A DNA stretch of 64,000 nt from NCBI GenBank assembly GCA_000004695.1, contig CM000151.3:6176001-6240000 (forward strand), written 5' to 3'. Positions within the stretch are counted from its first letter, which is position 1. Each line of letters begins with the position of its first letter. Below are positions 1-11,950 of the stretch, piece after piece. The notes under the pieces were generated by a model that did not search any database, had not been told where the DNA came from, and saw only the letters and a program-made list of their open reading frames with translations. This stretch comes from Dictyostelium discoideum (Eukaryota). A program made the position numbers and the translations under genes.

Positions 1-23
1 TTTTTCTTTTTTTTTTAATAAAG

Positions 24-771
24 ATGAATATCGGAGATCCAGTTAGAAAACATAATGGTAGTATTGGTTCAAATAATTTATTTAATGGTGTTTCAATGAG
101 TAATGGTTATATTGGTAATGGTGGTATTATGAATGGAAATAATGGTATTAATTATAATGGTCATCAACAAAAGTTACATCATCATCATCCACATGGTCAA
201 ATTATTTATGATCCACAACAATCACCATCACAAACACAACAACAACAACTTCACCACCTTCATCATCATGGACCTAATAGTGGTGGTAATTCACCGATTT
301 CCACATCTCTTCCATCTTCGACATCTTCAACTCCAAATATAATTTCTGCTCATCATTATGGAAATTCAAATGGAAATTTAAATAAAGTAATGTCATCATT
401 TAGTTCATTTAATATTAGTGATAATTCTTCAATAAATAACAATAATAATAATAATGGTAATGGTAATGAAAGACAAAGTGCAAATAATACTACTATTGGT
501 GGTGGTGGTGGAAATAATCACAATGGTGTGAATAGTGAAAATGGTAGAATACTTTCAAGAAATAACCATAACCATAATAATAGCAATCATATTAGTCATA
601 GTCATAATAATCATAACCATAATCATACTCATCATAATCATAGCAATGTTGGGATTGGTGGTGGTGGTAGTGGTAGTGTTAGTGGGAACATTCACAATCC
701 AAATTTATTAATTGAACAGCAACAGCAACAACAACAACATCTACAGTTACAGCAACAACAGCAACAACAGC

Positions 772-811
<40 letters not shown>

Positions 812-1208
812 TCCATATACTCAACAACATATGATGAATGGTGGTATTCAATATTATTATCCTAGTCCATATGGTGAGCCATTTTATCAAACTCATCCTC
901 ATCACCCATCTTATCAAATTTCATACCAAAATGGGCCCCCAATGAATACTCATCATCCTCATATCCCACATCACCCACACCATCCTCATCAACTTCCACA
1001 ACATCCATCACATCAGCATATGCATCATCCACAACACCCACATCATCCATCACATCATAATGGTAATGATATAATTAATGGAGTTGGTGGTGGTGGAGTT
1101 TCAACCAATGTTGGATTAAGTGGTAGTGGTGGAATTGATAATGAAATTGACTTAATTCAACAACAACAGCAACAACAACAACATCAACAACATCAACAAT
1201 CACATCAG

Positions 1209-1239
<31 letters not shown>

Positions 1240-1610
1240 CAATACTTCAACATTCAACTTATTTTAATACATCACCACAACCATATATCGGAGGACATCA
1301 TCAATATTATTCTTCAATGTCTCAAGCACCACCATCAATTCCACCACCACATTCATTATCTGGTCAAAATAATCAACCTCAAATTGGCTTTGATTCTTAT
1401 TCTCACCATCATCATCATCATCATTATCAACCATCATCACTAGCTAAAGAAAATGTTAAAACTAACAACAATAGTAGTAGTGGTGGTAGTAGTAGTGGTA
1501 ACAACACCAATAATAACAATAGTAATGCTGGTGGTGTCACAAGTAGTAACAGCAATAGTAATACTAAAAACAACCTAAGCAACAGTGGGAATCAAATTTA
1601 CTTTCGTTAA
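24..1610 (+). CDS. Hypothetical low-complexity protein rich in Gln/Asn/His/Ser, 528 aa, single exon
   Basis: Long ORF starting at the first ATG after an upstream poly-T tract. Contains poly-Q (CAA)n, poly-H, and N-rich and S-rich tracts typical of Dictyostelium proteins. No recognisable catalytic motif. Confidence 0.45.
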
Positions 1611-1868
1611 TAACACATGTTTGTGAATCTAAAAACTCTGATAAACGAGGTCGTATCTATTTAATTTTAATTTTTTTTTTTTTTTTTAGAAAAAAAAAAA
1701 ATAAAAAAAATAAAAAAAAAAAAAAATAAAAAAAAAAACTTGTGTAATATAAAAAAAAAAAAAAAAAAAAATAATCACAAAAAAAAATAAATAAAAAAAT
1801 TAATACAAAAAAAAAATAAATAAAAAAATTAATACAAAAACAAAATAATATGGACGTATGATTCGTTT

Positions 1869-1902
<34 letters not shown>

Positions 1903-2435
1903 GGGAAATTGAAAAAAATTATGATATTTTGGGAATCTAGATTTTTTACCACCAAAAAAAAAAAAACATTCCATAGAGTATTTTTTTAAAATTTTTACCC
2001 ACCCGCGATGTTTTAATTCCACCAGAAAATAACTTTTCTATTTTTTTTTTTTTTTTCAATTTTTCAATTTTTTTTTTTTTTTTATTTTTTGCATTCAAAA
2101 AAAAAAAAAAAAAAAAATATCAGAAGTCACATCATCAAATTTTTTATTTCCTATTTATTAAATTATTTATATTATATTAATTTGTTTAAATTTTAATTGG
2201 ACCTGTTTTTTTTTATTTTAAATTTTTAAATTTTAAATTTTTTTTTTTTTGTATCAATAGGATAAAATTCAAAAAAAAAAAAAAAAAAAAACAAAAACAC
2301 AAAGAAAGAAAGAAAAATAAAAATAAAAAAAAAATAATATTAAGAAAATAACAATAAATAAAAACGAAAAAAAAAAAAAAATAATAAATAAAAGAAATAA
2401 AATTATATGATGTTGATTGTAATAGATATAATAAT

Positions 2436-2764
2436 ATGAGTTATCAACAATCAAAAGACCAACAACAACCCCAACAACAACAAAAATATTTAATACCAGT
2501 AAAATGTGTACTTATTGGTCCAACTTTTTCAGGTAAAACAAGTTTAGTAGTTAGACTTGTGCGTGAAACTTTTAGTAAAGAATCACAACCAACTGTAGGA
2601 GCAATGTTTTTAAATAAAACTTTTCAATTCTCAACTCATTTTATTAAATTAGAGGTAATTAATTTTATTCCCTTTTTTTTTTTTTTATTTTTATTTTTTT
2701 TTTTTTTTTAAATCATTTCCAATTAATTTATTATTTGATACTAATATTATTTGATTATACATTA

Positions 2765-2797
<33 letters not shown>

Positions 2798-3252
2798 AAA
2801 TCCGTTGGTCAGGTGTGGGATACTGCAGGACAAGAGAAATTTAATTCATTGGCTCCAATGTATTTTAAAAAAAGTAAAGTAGCAATTATTGTATTCGATT
2901 TATCAGATAGACAATCATTTGTTAAGGCTAAAATGTGGAATAATGAAGTAATGTATCTTTTTTTTTTTTTTTTATTATTGTTTCAAAAATTAATAATTAA
3001 TAATAATGTACTAATTAAATAATAATAGTTTAAAACACATGCAACAGAACCAGCAATAATGATATTAATAGGAAATAAATGCGATTTAAATAAAACAGTT
3101 TTACAATCTGATATTGATGATTTTATTAGAGAAGAAAAAGAAAATTCAATTGATTTCACTTATTTTGAAGCTTCTGCTAAAGAAAATACAAATGTAAATA
3201 ATATATTTGAAACAATTGGTATGTGTTATTATTTTATCATTTCGATTATTTG

Positions 3253-3293
<41 letters not shown>

Positions 3294-3411
3294 TAATAAC
3301 AACATAAAATAATTAGCGGGTAAGATACCATGGAAAGAGGAAATTAGAGAAAGAACAGAAGCACTTCAAGTTTCACCAGTAATAAATAAAAAAAAGAAAT
3401 GTTGTAAATAA
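2436..3411 (+). CDS. Rab-family small GTPase. Four exons: 2436..2654, 2813..2947, 3029..3218, 3317..3411
   Basis: G1 GPTFSGKTSLV and G3 WDTAGQEKF (exon 2 begins right after the acceptor cAG at 2811-2812). G4 LIGNKCDL, G5 EASAKENTNV. C-terminal CCK prenylation motif. Donors are GTAATT, GTAATG and GTATGT; acceptors are (T)nCAG, ATAG and TTAG. Reading frame is continuous across all junctions. Confidence 0.75.
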
Positions 3412-3451
<40 letters not shown>

Positions 3452-3942
3452 ATTAAAAAAAAAATTAAAAAATAAATAAAAATAATCCGAATTGGTTTGA
3501 ATATTCACTGTTATCCACATTTATGATTTTTTTATTATTTCTTATTTTTATTATTAAAATTTTTATTTTCAGACTAATTTTTTAAATCTTAATAGTTTGA
3601 TTTCTAATCACTTTTTTTTTTTTTTCTTTTTTGGTTTGTAATTAAAAAATCTTATATTGATAAAAAAACAAAATAAAATGAAATAAAATAAAATAAAATA
3701 AAATAAAATTGACACCTTCTTTGAAATCATTTTTTATTTTTTGTGATTTCATATGATAATATTCTATGAAATTTTTTTTTTTGTGTCTTCCTAAAATTTT
3801 TTTTTTTTTTTTTTAAAAAAGTTTTTTTTTTTATTACAATTCAATTGAACAATTGTTATATTCTTTTTTATGAATATATGTAAATAAATATATAAATTTT
3901 TACCAAACTTTTTTTTTTTTTCCCTTTTTTTTTTCAATAAAT

Positions 3943-4801
<859 letters not shown>

Positions 4802-4824
4802 TAAATATATTTTTTTTTTATTAT

Positions 4825-4865
<41 letters not shown>

Positions 4866-5125
4866 TTTTATAAAAAGAAATTAAAATTACAACCAAACAT
4901 TTATTTACTTTATTATTTTATAACTTTTTTTTTTTTTAAAATAAAACAACAATTGGTATTGATTATTTTTTGTAGTTATAAAACCTTATAAAAAAAAAAA
5001 AAAAAAAAATTTGATGGTTATATTTTTTGAACTTTTGAAGACAAGTGTTTGCAAGTTAGAAATTAAAAAAAAAAAAAAAATTTAAATACTGTTTTTATTT
5101 TTTAATATTAATAAAAAATTATAAA

Positions 5126-5165
<40 letters not shown>

Positions 5166-5980
5166 CTTAAATCCATCAAAATATACAAGATCTGTCAGCA
5201 TATCCAAAATCAAGTAAGTAAAAATAATAATAATTTTATAATTATAAATAAAAAATAAAAAATAATAAATAATAAAATATAATAAATAGAATAGATTTGG
5301 ATGTCATTTTTTTTTGATACTATATATTGATTGTTGATAAATAATACTAAATATTTAAATGGTAGATATAACAATGTCATTTTCACAATATTAAAATATA
5401 ATTGTTTTAAATATTCTTCTTCAAATTACTCATTAAATTTACAAGTTACGAATAAAGAGAAGAAGAAGAAGAAGAGGAGGATGAATAAAAATAAAAAATA
5501 ATAATAAGAAGAAGAAGCAGAATAAGAGGATATGACACTTGGGAAATTTCGAATATATTATCCAATAGTTGCAATTATTATATTATTAGATAATTTATTC
5601 TATATTACTCAATTGTTCTATCTTCCTATACTCATCCTTCTTCTTATTATTATTTTTATTTTTCATCATCTTCTTTTTTTCTTTTTCATTTTCTTGTCCA
5701 CTTGGAAATTTGAAGAGAAAAGAAGAATATTTATAAACAGTTCCGATTTTTCTCACTTAAATTGTCTAATATTGTTACTGGTTTTAGTGAATCTATTAAA
5801 GAATGTGTTATTGGAAGTTATCAAAACACCAGAATCATTTAGTATTATGAAAAACAAATCATTTAATCTTCACAATGAATGTTATTGTTACAATAGTAAT
5901 TCAAAGTCAATGTTTGCTTGTGAAAAAAGTAAAAATAATATCCAATAGTATTTTTTTTAATTGTTCATTTTCTATTATTA

Positions 5981-6054
<74 letters not shown>

Positions 6055-6223
6055 ATTATTATTATTTTTAAAAATTACATAACAATTTTTATTATTTATT
6101 TAAAATTTACTTATTGAATATTTGTACAACAAAAATGGTAAAAGATCATCAATCCCAGTTTCCTTCAATTCATCAAAATTGAACTATGTAATATATGGTG
6201 AATATAGGTATTAAAATTGAAGA

Positions 6224-6479
6224 TGTAATAAAGTTACTCTATAAAATTAATAGATATTAAATATGCATATTACATTACTAATTATAGTTGACACACATTT
6301 AAATAATATAATAATAATACTGTCAACTCATTATAAATAATATAAATACTAAAGAATAATTTTATTAACAATATTGAATATCATAAATATAAACTAATAT
6401 TAAATAAAGATAACAAAGTATTATTCAATTATATAATTATTAATTATATATATTTATAAAGCTAACAAGCTTTATTACA
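6224..6479 (+). repeat. 5' LTR of the DGLT-A-like element, complete
   Basis: Direct repeat of 8576..8813. Terminal inverted repeat TGTAATAAAG/CTTTATTACA. Immediately followed by a putative primer-binding site TTTGGCGACATCG at 6480 onward. Confidence 0.8.
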
Positions 6480-6623
6480 TTTGGCGACATCGTCTTTCAA
6501 AAAAAAAAAAAAAAAAAAAAAATATATTATAAATATAAAGTTATCAAATTATTCAATCAATTAAAATTTTACATTAGATTAAATTTAATTTAATAAAATC
6601 TTAAAAAAAAAAAAAAAAAAAAA

Positions 6624-6668
<45 letters not shown>

Positions 6669-6671
<3 letters not shown>

Positions 6672-7946
6672 AGTAATAATGAAAACGTAATTTTTTCGGG
6701 TGATGGAAAAGGTTTATCATTTCGTAAATTCAAACACTTACTCTTATTAATTCATGGCGAGGAAATATCGAAAGCTGATATTATTAGAAAACTAAGAAAC
6801 AATGCATTGGAATATGCCGCAACATTGGATACAGACTTAACAGCAATGGAGATAATTGAAGATCTTAAAGATGCTTTTGGTATTGGTGATAGTGATGATT
6901 TAACAGAATTAACAAAGTTGGGAGAATATAAATACAATACATTAGATATATTAATTGGTAAATTTCTATCAAAATGTTCAGCAGTTGATATTTCAGAAAA
7001 GTTTAAAATACAATTGTTTTATTCAGCTGTTGGTACTGAATTGGGTATTGAAATTACAAAATGTGCACCAAAATCATTAAAAAGAGCAATAGATATTGCA
7101 AAGTCTTGTGAAGATGGTTCAATTCGTATCAAAGGTAGATCAATGTACACTGGTCAATTAGTTGCAAAGACGTTGCAAGAATTTGGTAATCAAAGATATC
7201 TAGGTTCGGGTTCTGGTTATTCTGCAACATCCCCTCAATATGTTACATCTCAAAACGAACAACAATCAATTGAATCTGAAGAAATTTCAACACCAATTTT
7301 TAAAAATCAATATTATAATCGATCACCACAAATGTCACCACAATCATCCCCTTATAAAGCACCACAAAATCAAGTAAATTCAATCACAAAATTTTGTAAA
7401 TATTGCAAAAAGAAAGGTCATGTAATTCAAGAGTGTTGGTCAAAAGATAAAAATAATAATAACAATTACAATAATAGAACTAATTCAATTACAATGGTCA
7501 ATAATAGTACAATTAATTCAATTGGAATAGATAGTATGAATGCAGCTTTATTAATAAATAATAAAAATGTTAGAGGTTTGATTGATACTGGTTCATCACT
7601 TACTATTGTTTGGGAAAGTATTGCTAAAAAGTTAAAATTAAAGATTGAAAATAAACAATATTCTGTTAAATCAGCATCAAATAATGAAATCAAAATCATT
7701 GGAATAAGTAACACAACAATTAAATTAGGTAAAGCATTGGCTAGAGTTAAAGTTAATGTTGTTAAAGATAATGATACATCAATTGATTGTATATTTGGCA
7801 TTGATACAATAATTGGATTAAATTTAGTCATTGATTTTAAAGAAATGATCATTAAGAATCTTGAATTCAATGTTGGTACCAAATTAATATCTAAAGAAAC
7901 CCAACCATGTATACAAACTATATTTAAAACAGTATCTGATTATTCA

Positions 7947-7977
<31 letters not shown>

Positions 7978-8438
7978 CATCAAAATCAGAATTATTAACA
8001 GATACTGATCATTTAATTGAAAATTTTAATTCTCATCATATACTATCAATCAAATCGTGTCCAACTATTGAAGAACAACTACCAATAGATTACGATATTC
8101 CAGAATTCTTATTCCAAGAACCAATAGATTCACCAATAACATCAAATTTACCATTAAAATCAATATCATTAAATCAAACAGAGAATTCAATAATTAAATC
8201 ACAAATAACCTCAATTCAACCATTAATAAGAAATCCATGTACAAATTTATCAAGATTAGATTTTGCTCATAATTTCGCCCAAATTGTAAATAATAACCTC
8301 AAACGTCCTTGTCTCATTAAGGATAATCTTGGTAAAGACCAATTATCACAAATTAATAAAAAAAGTTTCTCGTTCAAATATTCAAGTAGGAGATTATGTC
8401 TATTTACAATCCACTGTTGGTCCAGTAAAGCTCAATAA
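6669..8438 (+). CDS. Gag-protease polyprotein of the LTR retrotransposon, truncated, with RT/RNase H missing
   Basis: CCHC zinc knuckle CKYCKKKGHVIQEC. Retroviral aspartic protease motif LIDTGSS. The ORF then runs into sequence with no RT motifs and terminates. Confidence 0.7.
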
Positions 8439-8580
8439 ATCTTGGGAAGGTCTTTTCAAAGTACATGAGAGAGTTAGCGATTTAAAATTCAAATTAGTAT
8501 TGGATAATATTAAAAATCATGATGTGTTTTATATTAAAAGATTGAAAAATTTTTTTCAACTAAAAGGGGGGGATATGTAA
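8329..8580 (+). pseudogene. Integrase C-terminal remnant of the LTR retrotransposon, joined to gag-pro by an internal deletion
   Basis: VGDYVYLQ...KLNKSWEGLFKVHERVSDLKFKLVL...HDVFYIKRLK matches the conserved Ty3/gypsy integrase C-terminal pattern (GDxVxL...KLxxxWxGPFxV...YxLxLP...HxVFHVSxLK). It ends 13 bp before the PPT and 3' LTR. Confidence 0.6.
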
Positions 8581-8813
8581 TAAAGTTACTCTATAAAATT
8601 AATAGATATTAAATATGCATATTACATTACTAATTATAGTTGACACACATTTAAATAATATAATAATAATACTGTCAACTCATTATAAATAATATAAATA
8701 CTAAAGAATAATTTTATTAACAATATTGAATATCATAAATATAAACTAATATTAAATAAAGATAACAAAGTATTATTCAATTATATAATTATTAATTATA
8801 TATATTTATAAAG
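8576..8813 (+). repeat. 3' LTR of the DGLT-A-like element, 3'-truncated by the TRE5-A-like insertion
   Basis: Identical to the 5' LTR up to ...TATATATTTATAAAG, then a 17-nt T run begins. The missing 18 bp CTAACAAGCTTTATTACA are found at 11282..11299. Confidence 0.8.
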
Positions 8814-9145
8814 TTTTTTTTTTTTTTTTTGAATTGGATAACGCAATTATTATTTGCTTCTCCTTGAGATGCTAGATCTCATTTTATTTTTTTTTTTTTT
8901 TTACAGGGTCTTTTTGATTAAAACATCTTTTTTGTCCAAACTTTTTTCTAAATCTTTTTTTATTTTATCGTCTGGTTCGTGATTGATGTTTATGACGTAT
9001 TTGAATTGTTTTTTTTTTTTTAATTGAGTTTTATCCACAATTTCGCTTATTTTTTGTAGGCATTTGTGTTGCTTAATATTTGTGGTGTTGTTTGTGATTT
9101 TCATTTTATTTTCTTTCTATCTTTTTTATTTTTCTGATTAACTTG

Positions 9146-9217
<72 letters not shown>

Positions 9218-10940
9218 TATTAAGAAAAAGTAACTGAAGTGAATTATTGTATTTTTTTGAGATGTTTTAGGAAAGTTTCTAATTGCGGGGTGTTGAATGA
9301 ATGATTTTGTGACAACCCCTTGTCTTGTTTTTATCAATTGGTGCGTGGTGTGTTATTTTGTTTTTATATTGTTGATTTATTGAGTAAATTTTATTTGTTT
9401 TTATATTTGTTTCAGTTAGAAGTGCTGCGTCCAAGCTTGTTGTTGTCTAAAACGGTGTTTATTATGCTGGCAGATTGGATGGTGTTGGATCCTTGGACGT
9501 TCCAAACACATATTCTTATTGTGTTTTTCTTTATAGTTTTATTTGGGGTAGATTTTTATCTACCTTTTGAAGTTTCTGGTTTATTTTGTCTTCTAACTGA
9601 TCTTTACTTTGTTCGTTGTGTTGTTGGTCTTGTGTGTTTGTGGGGTTTTTTGATTTATTGATTTGTTTTAGAATTTCCTTGTTGAAGTTGTCTATATCTT
9701 CATCCATTTTTGTTTTTATGCTTTTTTGTCCATATTCACCCAATTTTGGTTTGACTGGTGTTTTGTTGGTCTTGTTTGTTTTGTCTTGTTGTTTCTTTTT
9801 TGGTGTGTTTAACAATTTACTTGGTGAATCGATAATTTTCGATGGTGTACCATAGGTTGGGCTGAAACTCATGATATGTTTTATTGGAGAGGAGAAGAAC
9901 CATTGATTTGAAGGGATTGAAAGTGGGAATTCTATTTTTCTTATTGCATCAGTGTTTGGGCTGGTGAAGTCGAAGATATCATTTACCTCTCTAAGTTTTT
10001 CTTCCGTTGTTAGTCTCTTTGTTTCGCCGTGTTGTTTTATTGGTGTATTGTATGGAGATGGTGGTTCAATAGGTTTTTCTGATTTTGTTTTAATTTCTTG
10101 ATTTTTTATCGATTGGGTATTGATCTCATTCTCTATTCTTGTTAGTTCATCTACGTTTTCTAGTGATGCATCTATTACCTTTTGAGCTGTATCATCTAGG
10201 GCCATAAATGTTTTATCATTAGATGAGGAGGTGATTGGTGGGATAATGATTGTTCTTTTTCCTTGTTTTGGTATTTGTTCTGATGTAGATTTTGGTTGTT
10301 GTTCATCTGATTGTTTTTTATTTTTGTTTTCTTCTTGATTTTCTGGTAATGAGGTTTGATCTCTCCATCCTTTGTTGGAGTGACCAATTAATGTTAGATT
10401 GTCTAGTTCAATGATAGTGTCAAATTCTTCTACGACTCTTTTCACTGTTTTGATAATTAGAGTTTCGCCTTTAATTTCTGATTTAATTAGTTTACATCCT
10501 TCATTTTCTATTACCCATTCTATTTCTGTGAGTGATTTATACCAATCAAAATCTGTATACATATTTTTTGGTCTTATAGTGGTTATAAATTGTCCTTTTA
10601 ATTCTGCATCAAACATATTTACAAAATAGATTACTGTACTAATACTGTCTGTGAGAATTTTGAATGTATTATTACTTTTGATTAAAACATCTTTTTTGTC
10701 CAAACTTTTTTCTAAATCTTTTTTTATTTTATCGTCTGGTTCGTGATTGATGTTTATGACGTATTTGAATTGTTTTTTTTTTAATTGAGTTTTATCCACA
10801 ATTTCGCTTATTTTTTGTAGGCATTTGTGTTGCTTAATATTTGTGGTGTTGTTTGTGATTTTCATTTTATTTTCTTTCTATTTTTTATATTTTTCTTTAA
10901 AAAGTTAAAAATCTGGAAATTTTCTGATTAACTTGGTTCC

Positions 10941-10996
<56 letters not shown>

Positions 10997-11266
10997 TCTT
11001 TTTTATATGAAAAATGAAATAATCAAAAAAAGAGATTGTTGTTGTTGTTTGTTTTTTTTCGATCTGATTATTTTTTGCTTTTTTTTGAAAATTTTGCTAC
11101 GCAAAATTCTCAAAACGAAACAAATAATAAATTACAATAAAGTAAAAAGATGGCTTTTTAAGATAGTTTATTTATTTATTTATTTGTTTTTTAAGTCTTT
11201 TTTATATGAAAAATGAAATAATCAAAAAAAGAGATTGTTGTTGTTGTTTGTTTTTTTTCGATCTCC
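8814..11266 (-). mobile_element. TRE5-A-like non-LTR, tRNA-targeted retrotransposon, non-autonomous with ORF1 only, nested in the LTR
   Basis: Poly(A) tail, seen as 17 T on the plus strand, at 8814..8830. A 15-bp TSD TATATATTTATAAAG at 8799..8813 and 11267..11281. The 5' end lies exactly 47 bp upstream of the tRNA-Arg start. Internal direct repeats of about 200 bp (8920..9120 and 10670..10870, B-module-like) each contain the ORF1 start and each is preceded by a long oligo(A) (9150..9212 and 10942..10993). The 5' A-module-like region carries an 80-bp tandem duplication (10997..11075 and 11192..11270). Confidence 0.6.
9531..10865 (-). CDS. TRE5-A-like ORF1 protein, 444 aa, lysine/glutamate-rich
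   Basis: Intact ORF on the element sense strand. Its first 66 codons are duplicated at 8901..9104 as part of the 3' B-module-like copy. The size fits my recollection of a roughly 51-kDa TRE5-A ORF1 product. Confidence 0.55.
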   Translation of the reverse strand: MKITNNTTNIKQHKCLQKISEIVDKTQLKKKQFKYVININHEPDDKIKKDLEKSLDKKDVLIKSNNTFKILTDSISTVIYFVNMFDAELKGQFITTIRPKNMYTDFDWYKSLTEIEWVIENEGCKLIKSEIKGETLIIKTVKRVVEEFDTIIELDNLTLIGHSNKGWRDQTSLPENQEENKNKKQSDEQQPKSTSEQIPKQGKRTIIIPPITSSSNDKTFMALDDTAQKVIDASLENVDELTRIENEINTQSIKNQEIKTKSEKPIEPPSPYNTPIKQHGETKRLTTEEKLREVNDIFDFTSPNTDAIRKIEFPLSIPSNQWFFSSPIKHIMSFSPTYGTPSKIIDSPSKLLNTPKKKQQDKTNKTNKTPVKPKLGEYGQKSIKTKMDEDIDNFNKEILKQINKSKNPTNTQDQQHNEQSKDQLEDKINQKLQKVDKNLPQIKL

Positions 11267-11313
11267 TATATATTTATAAAGCTAACAAGCTTTATTACAA
11301 AGAATTCATCAAA

Positions 11314-11386
11314 GCCCGTTTAGCAAAGTTGGAATTGCGGCAGCCTTCTAAGCTGCAGGTCGTGGGATCGAGACCCACAATGGGTG
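11314..11386 (+). tRNA. tRNA-Arg, anticodon UCU
   Basis: Cloverleaf: acceptor GCCCGTT/AATGGGT with two G-U pairs, D arm GCAA-AGTTGGAA-TTGC, anticodon stem GCAGC/GCTGC with loop CTTCTAA, T arm GTGGG-ATCGAGA-CCCAC, and a TTTTT terminator at 11389..11393. An identical copy lies on the minus strand at 51036..51108. Confidence 0.8.
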
Positions 11387-11416
11387 AATTTTTATGGGGA
11401 GAAAAGCAAAATCGTA

Positions 11417-11470
11417 GGTTCGATTCCTAGTAAAAAAAATATAAAAAAAATATAAAAAAGGTTCGATTCC
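11417..11470 (+). promoter_or_regulatory. Two tandem external B-box (ex-B) elements GGTTCGATTCC downstream of tRNA-Arg
   Basis: GGTTCGATTCC at 11417..11427 and again at 11460..11470. This matches the known Dictyostelium pattern of an extra B box 20-40 bp downstream of tRNA genes. Here the element is duplicated. Confidence 0.55.
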
Positions 11471-11950
11471 TAGTCCTCTAATTCCAACAATTACACCACC
11501 AATTAATTATTAATTACCTAATCTAAAATAACATACCATTTTAAATTCTCAAAAAGTAAAAAACCTAAAATAAATAAATAAAAATAACATACTAATTGTA
11601 TACTACAATAGTTTATTTATAAAAAAAAAAAAATCCTAGTCTTCTAAAATGAAATTGAAAAAAAACAAATGATTAAGAAATTAACTTGAAAAGTATATTA
11701 TTCCAGAATCAATACTTACAAATAGTTTCTCCTTTGTAATTTATTAATTGAATTGGTGGAACTGATTTATTTTTTTAATTTATTTATAAACAAAAATAAA
11801 AGCCACACTTTATTTTTAAATTAAAATTCCTTATTTGAAAATTAAAATTAAAAGGAATAACTTCTTTACATTTTAAAATTCTCACCTTTAAAAAAAAAAA
11901 ATAATAAACAATAAAAAAAATATATCTTATAAATTATTTTATTTTAAATA

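Larger units (their letters stand above)
6224..11299 (+). mobile_element. Ty3/gypsy-type LTR retrotransposon, DGLT-A-like, internally deleted and carrying a nested TRE5-A-like insertion in its 3' LTR
   Basis: 5' LTR 6224..6479 (256 bp) starts TGTAATAAAG and ends CTTTATTACA, a perfect 10-bp terminal inverted repeat with TG...CA ends. The 3' LTR is 8576..8813 plus its displaced last 18 bp at 11282..11299. The two LTR copies are near-identical. The flanking 4-bp direct repeat AAGA is at 6220..6223 and 11300..11303. The internal part encodes gag with a CCHC knuckle, a DTG protease and an integrase C-terminus. A polypurine tract AAAAGGGGGGGA lies at 8562..8573, 2 bp before the 3' LTR. Confidence 0.75.

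Noticed and set aside
133-342. Many short ORFs made of poly-I, poly-F, poly-Y, poly-K or poly-N (for example 133..342, 2269..2454, 5875..6117, 16264..16528, 27892..28315, 40200..40490, 41967..42188, 47064..47306, 63087..63579)
   Set aside because: They are alternative-frame or opposite-strand readings of (AAT)n and related microsatellites and homopolymers, overlapping real genes or intergenic repeats.
5532-5948. 138-aa hydrophobic ORF (MTLGKFRIYYPIVAIIILLDN...)
   Set aside because: Low-complexity I/L/F-rich translation of AT-rich DNA with no motifs and no convincing start context. There is insufficient support to call a gene.
9101-9855. Plus-strand ORFs inside the TRE5-A-like element (9101..9337 minus-strand K-rich, 9320..9661, 9616..9855)
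   Set aside because: They are antisense to or overlapping ORF1 and are driven by poly-T/poly-A runs and G/T-rich antisense sequence. They have no motifs.
11206-11430. Track ORFs reading through the tRNA-Arg genes (11206..11430 plus strand, and the 5' part of 50640..51086 minus strand)
   Set aside because: They translate the tRNA itself (..LELRQPSKLQVVGSRPTMGE..), and both strands give the same peptide because the tRNA is identical. These are artefacts of six-frame translation.
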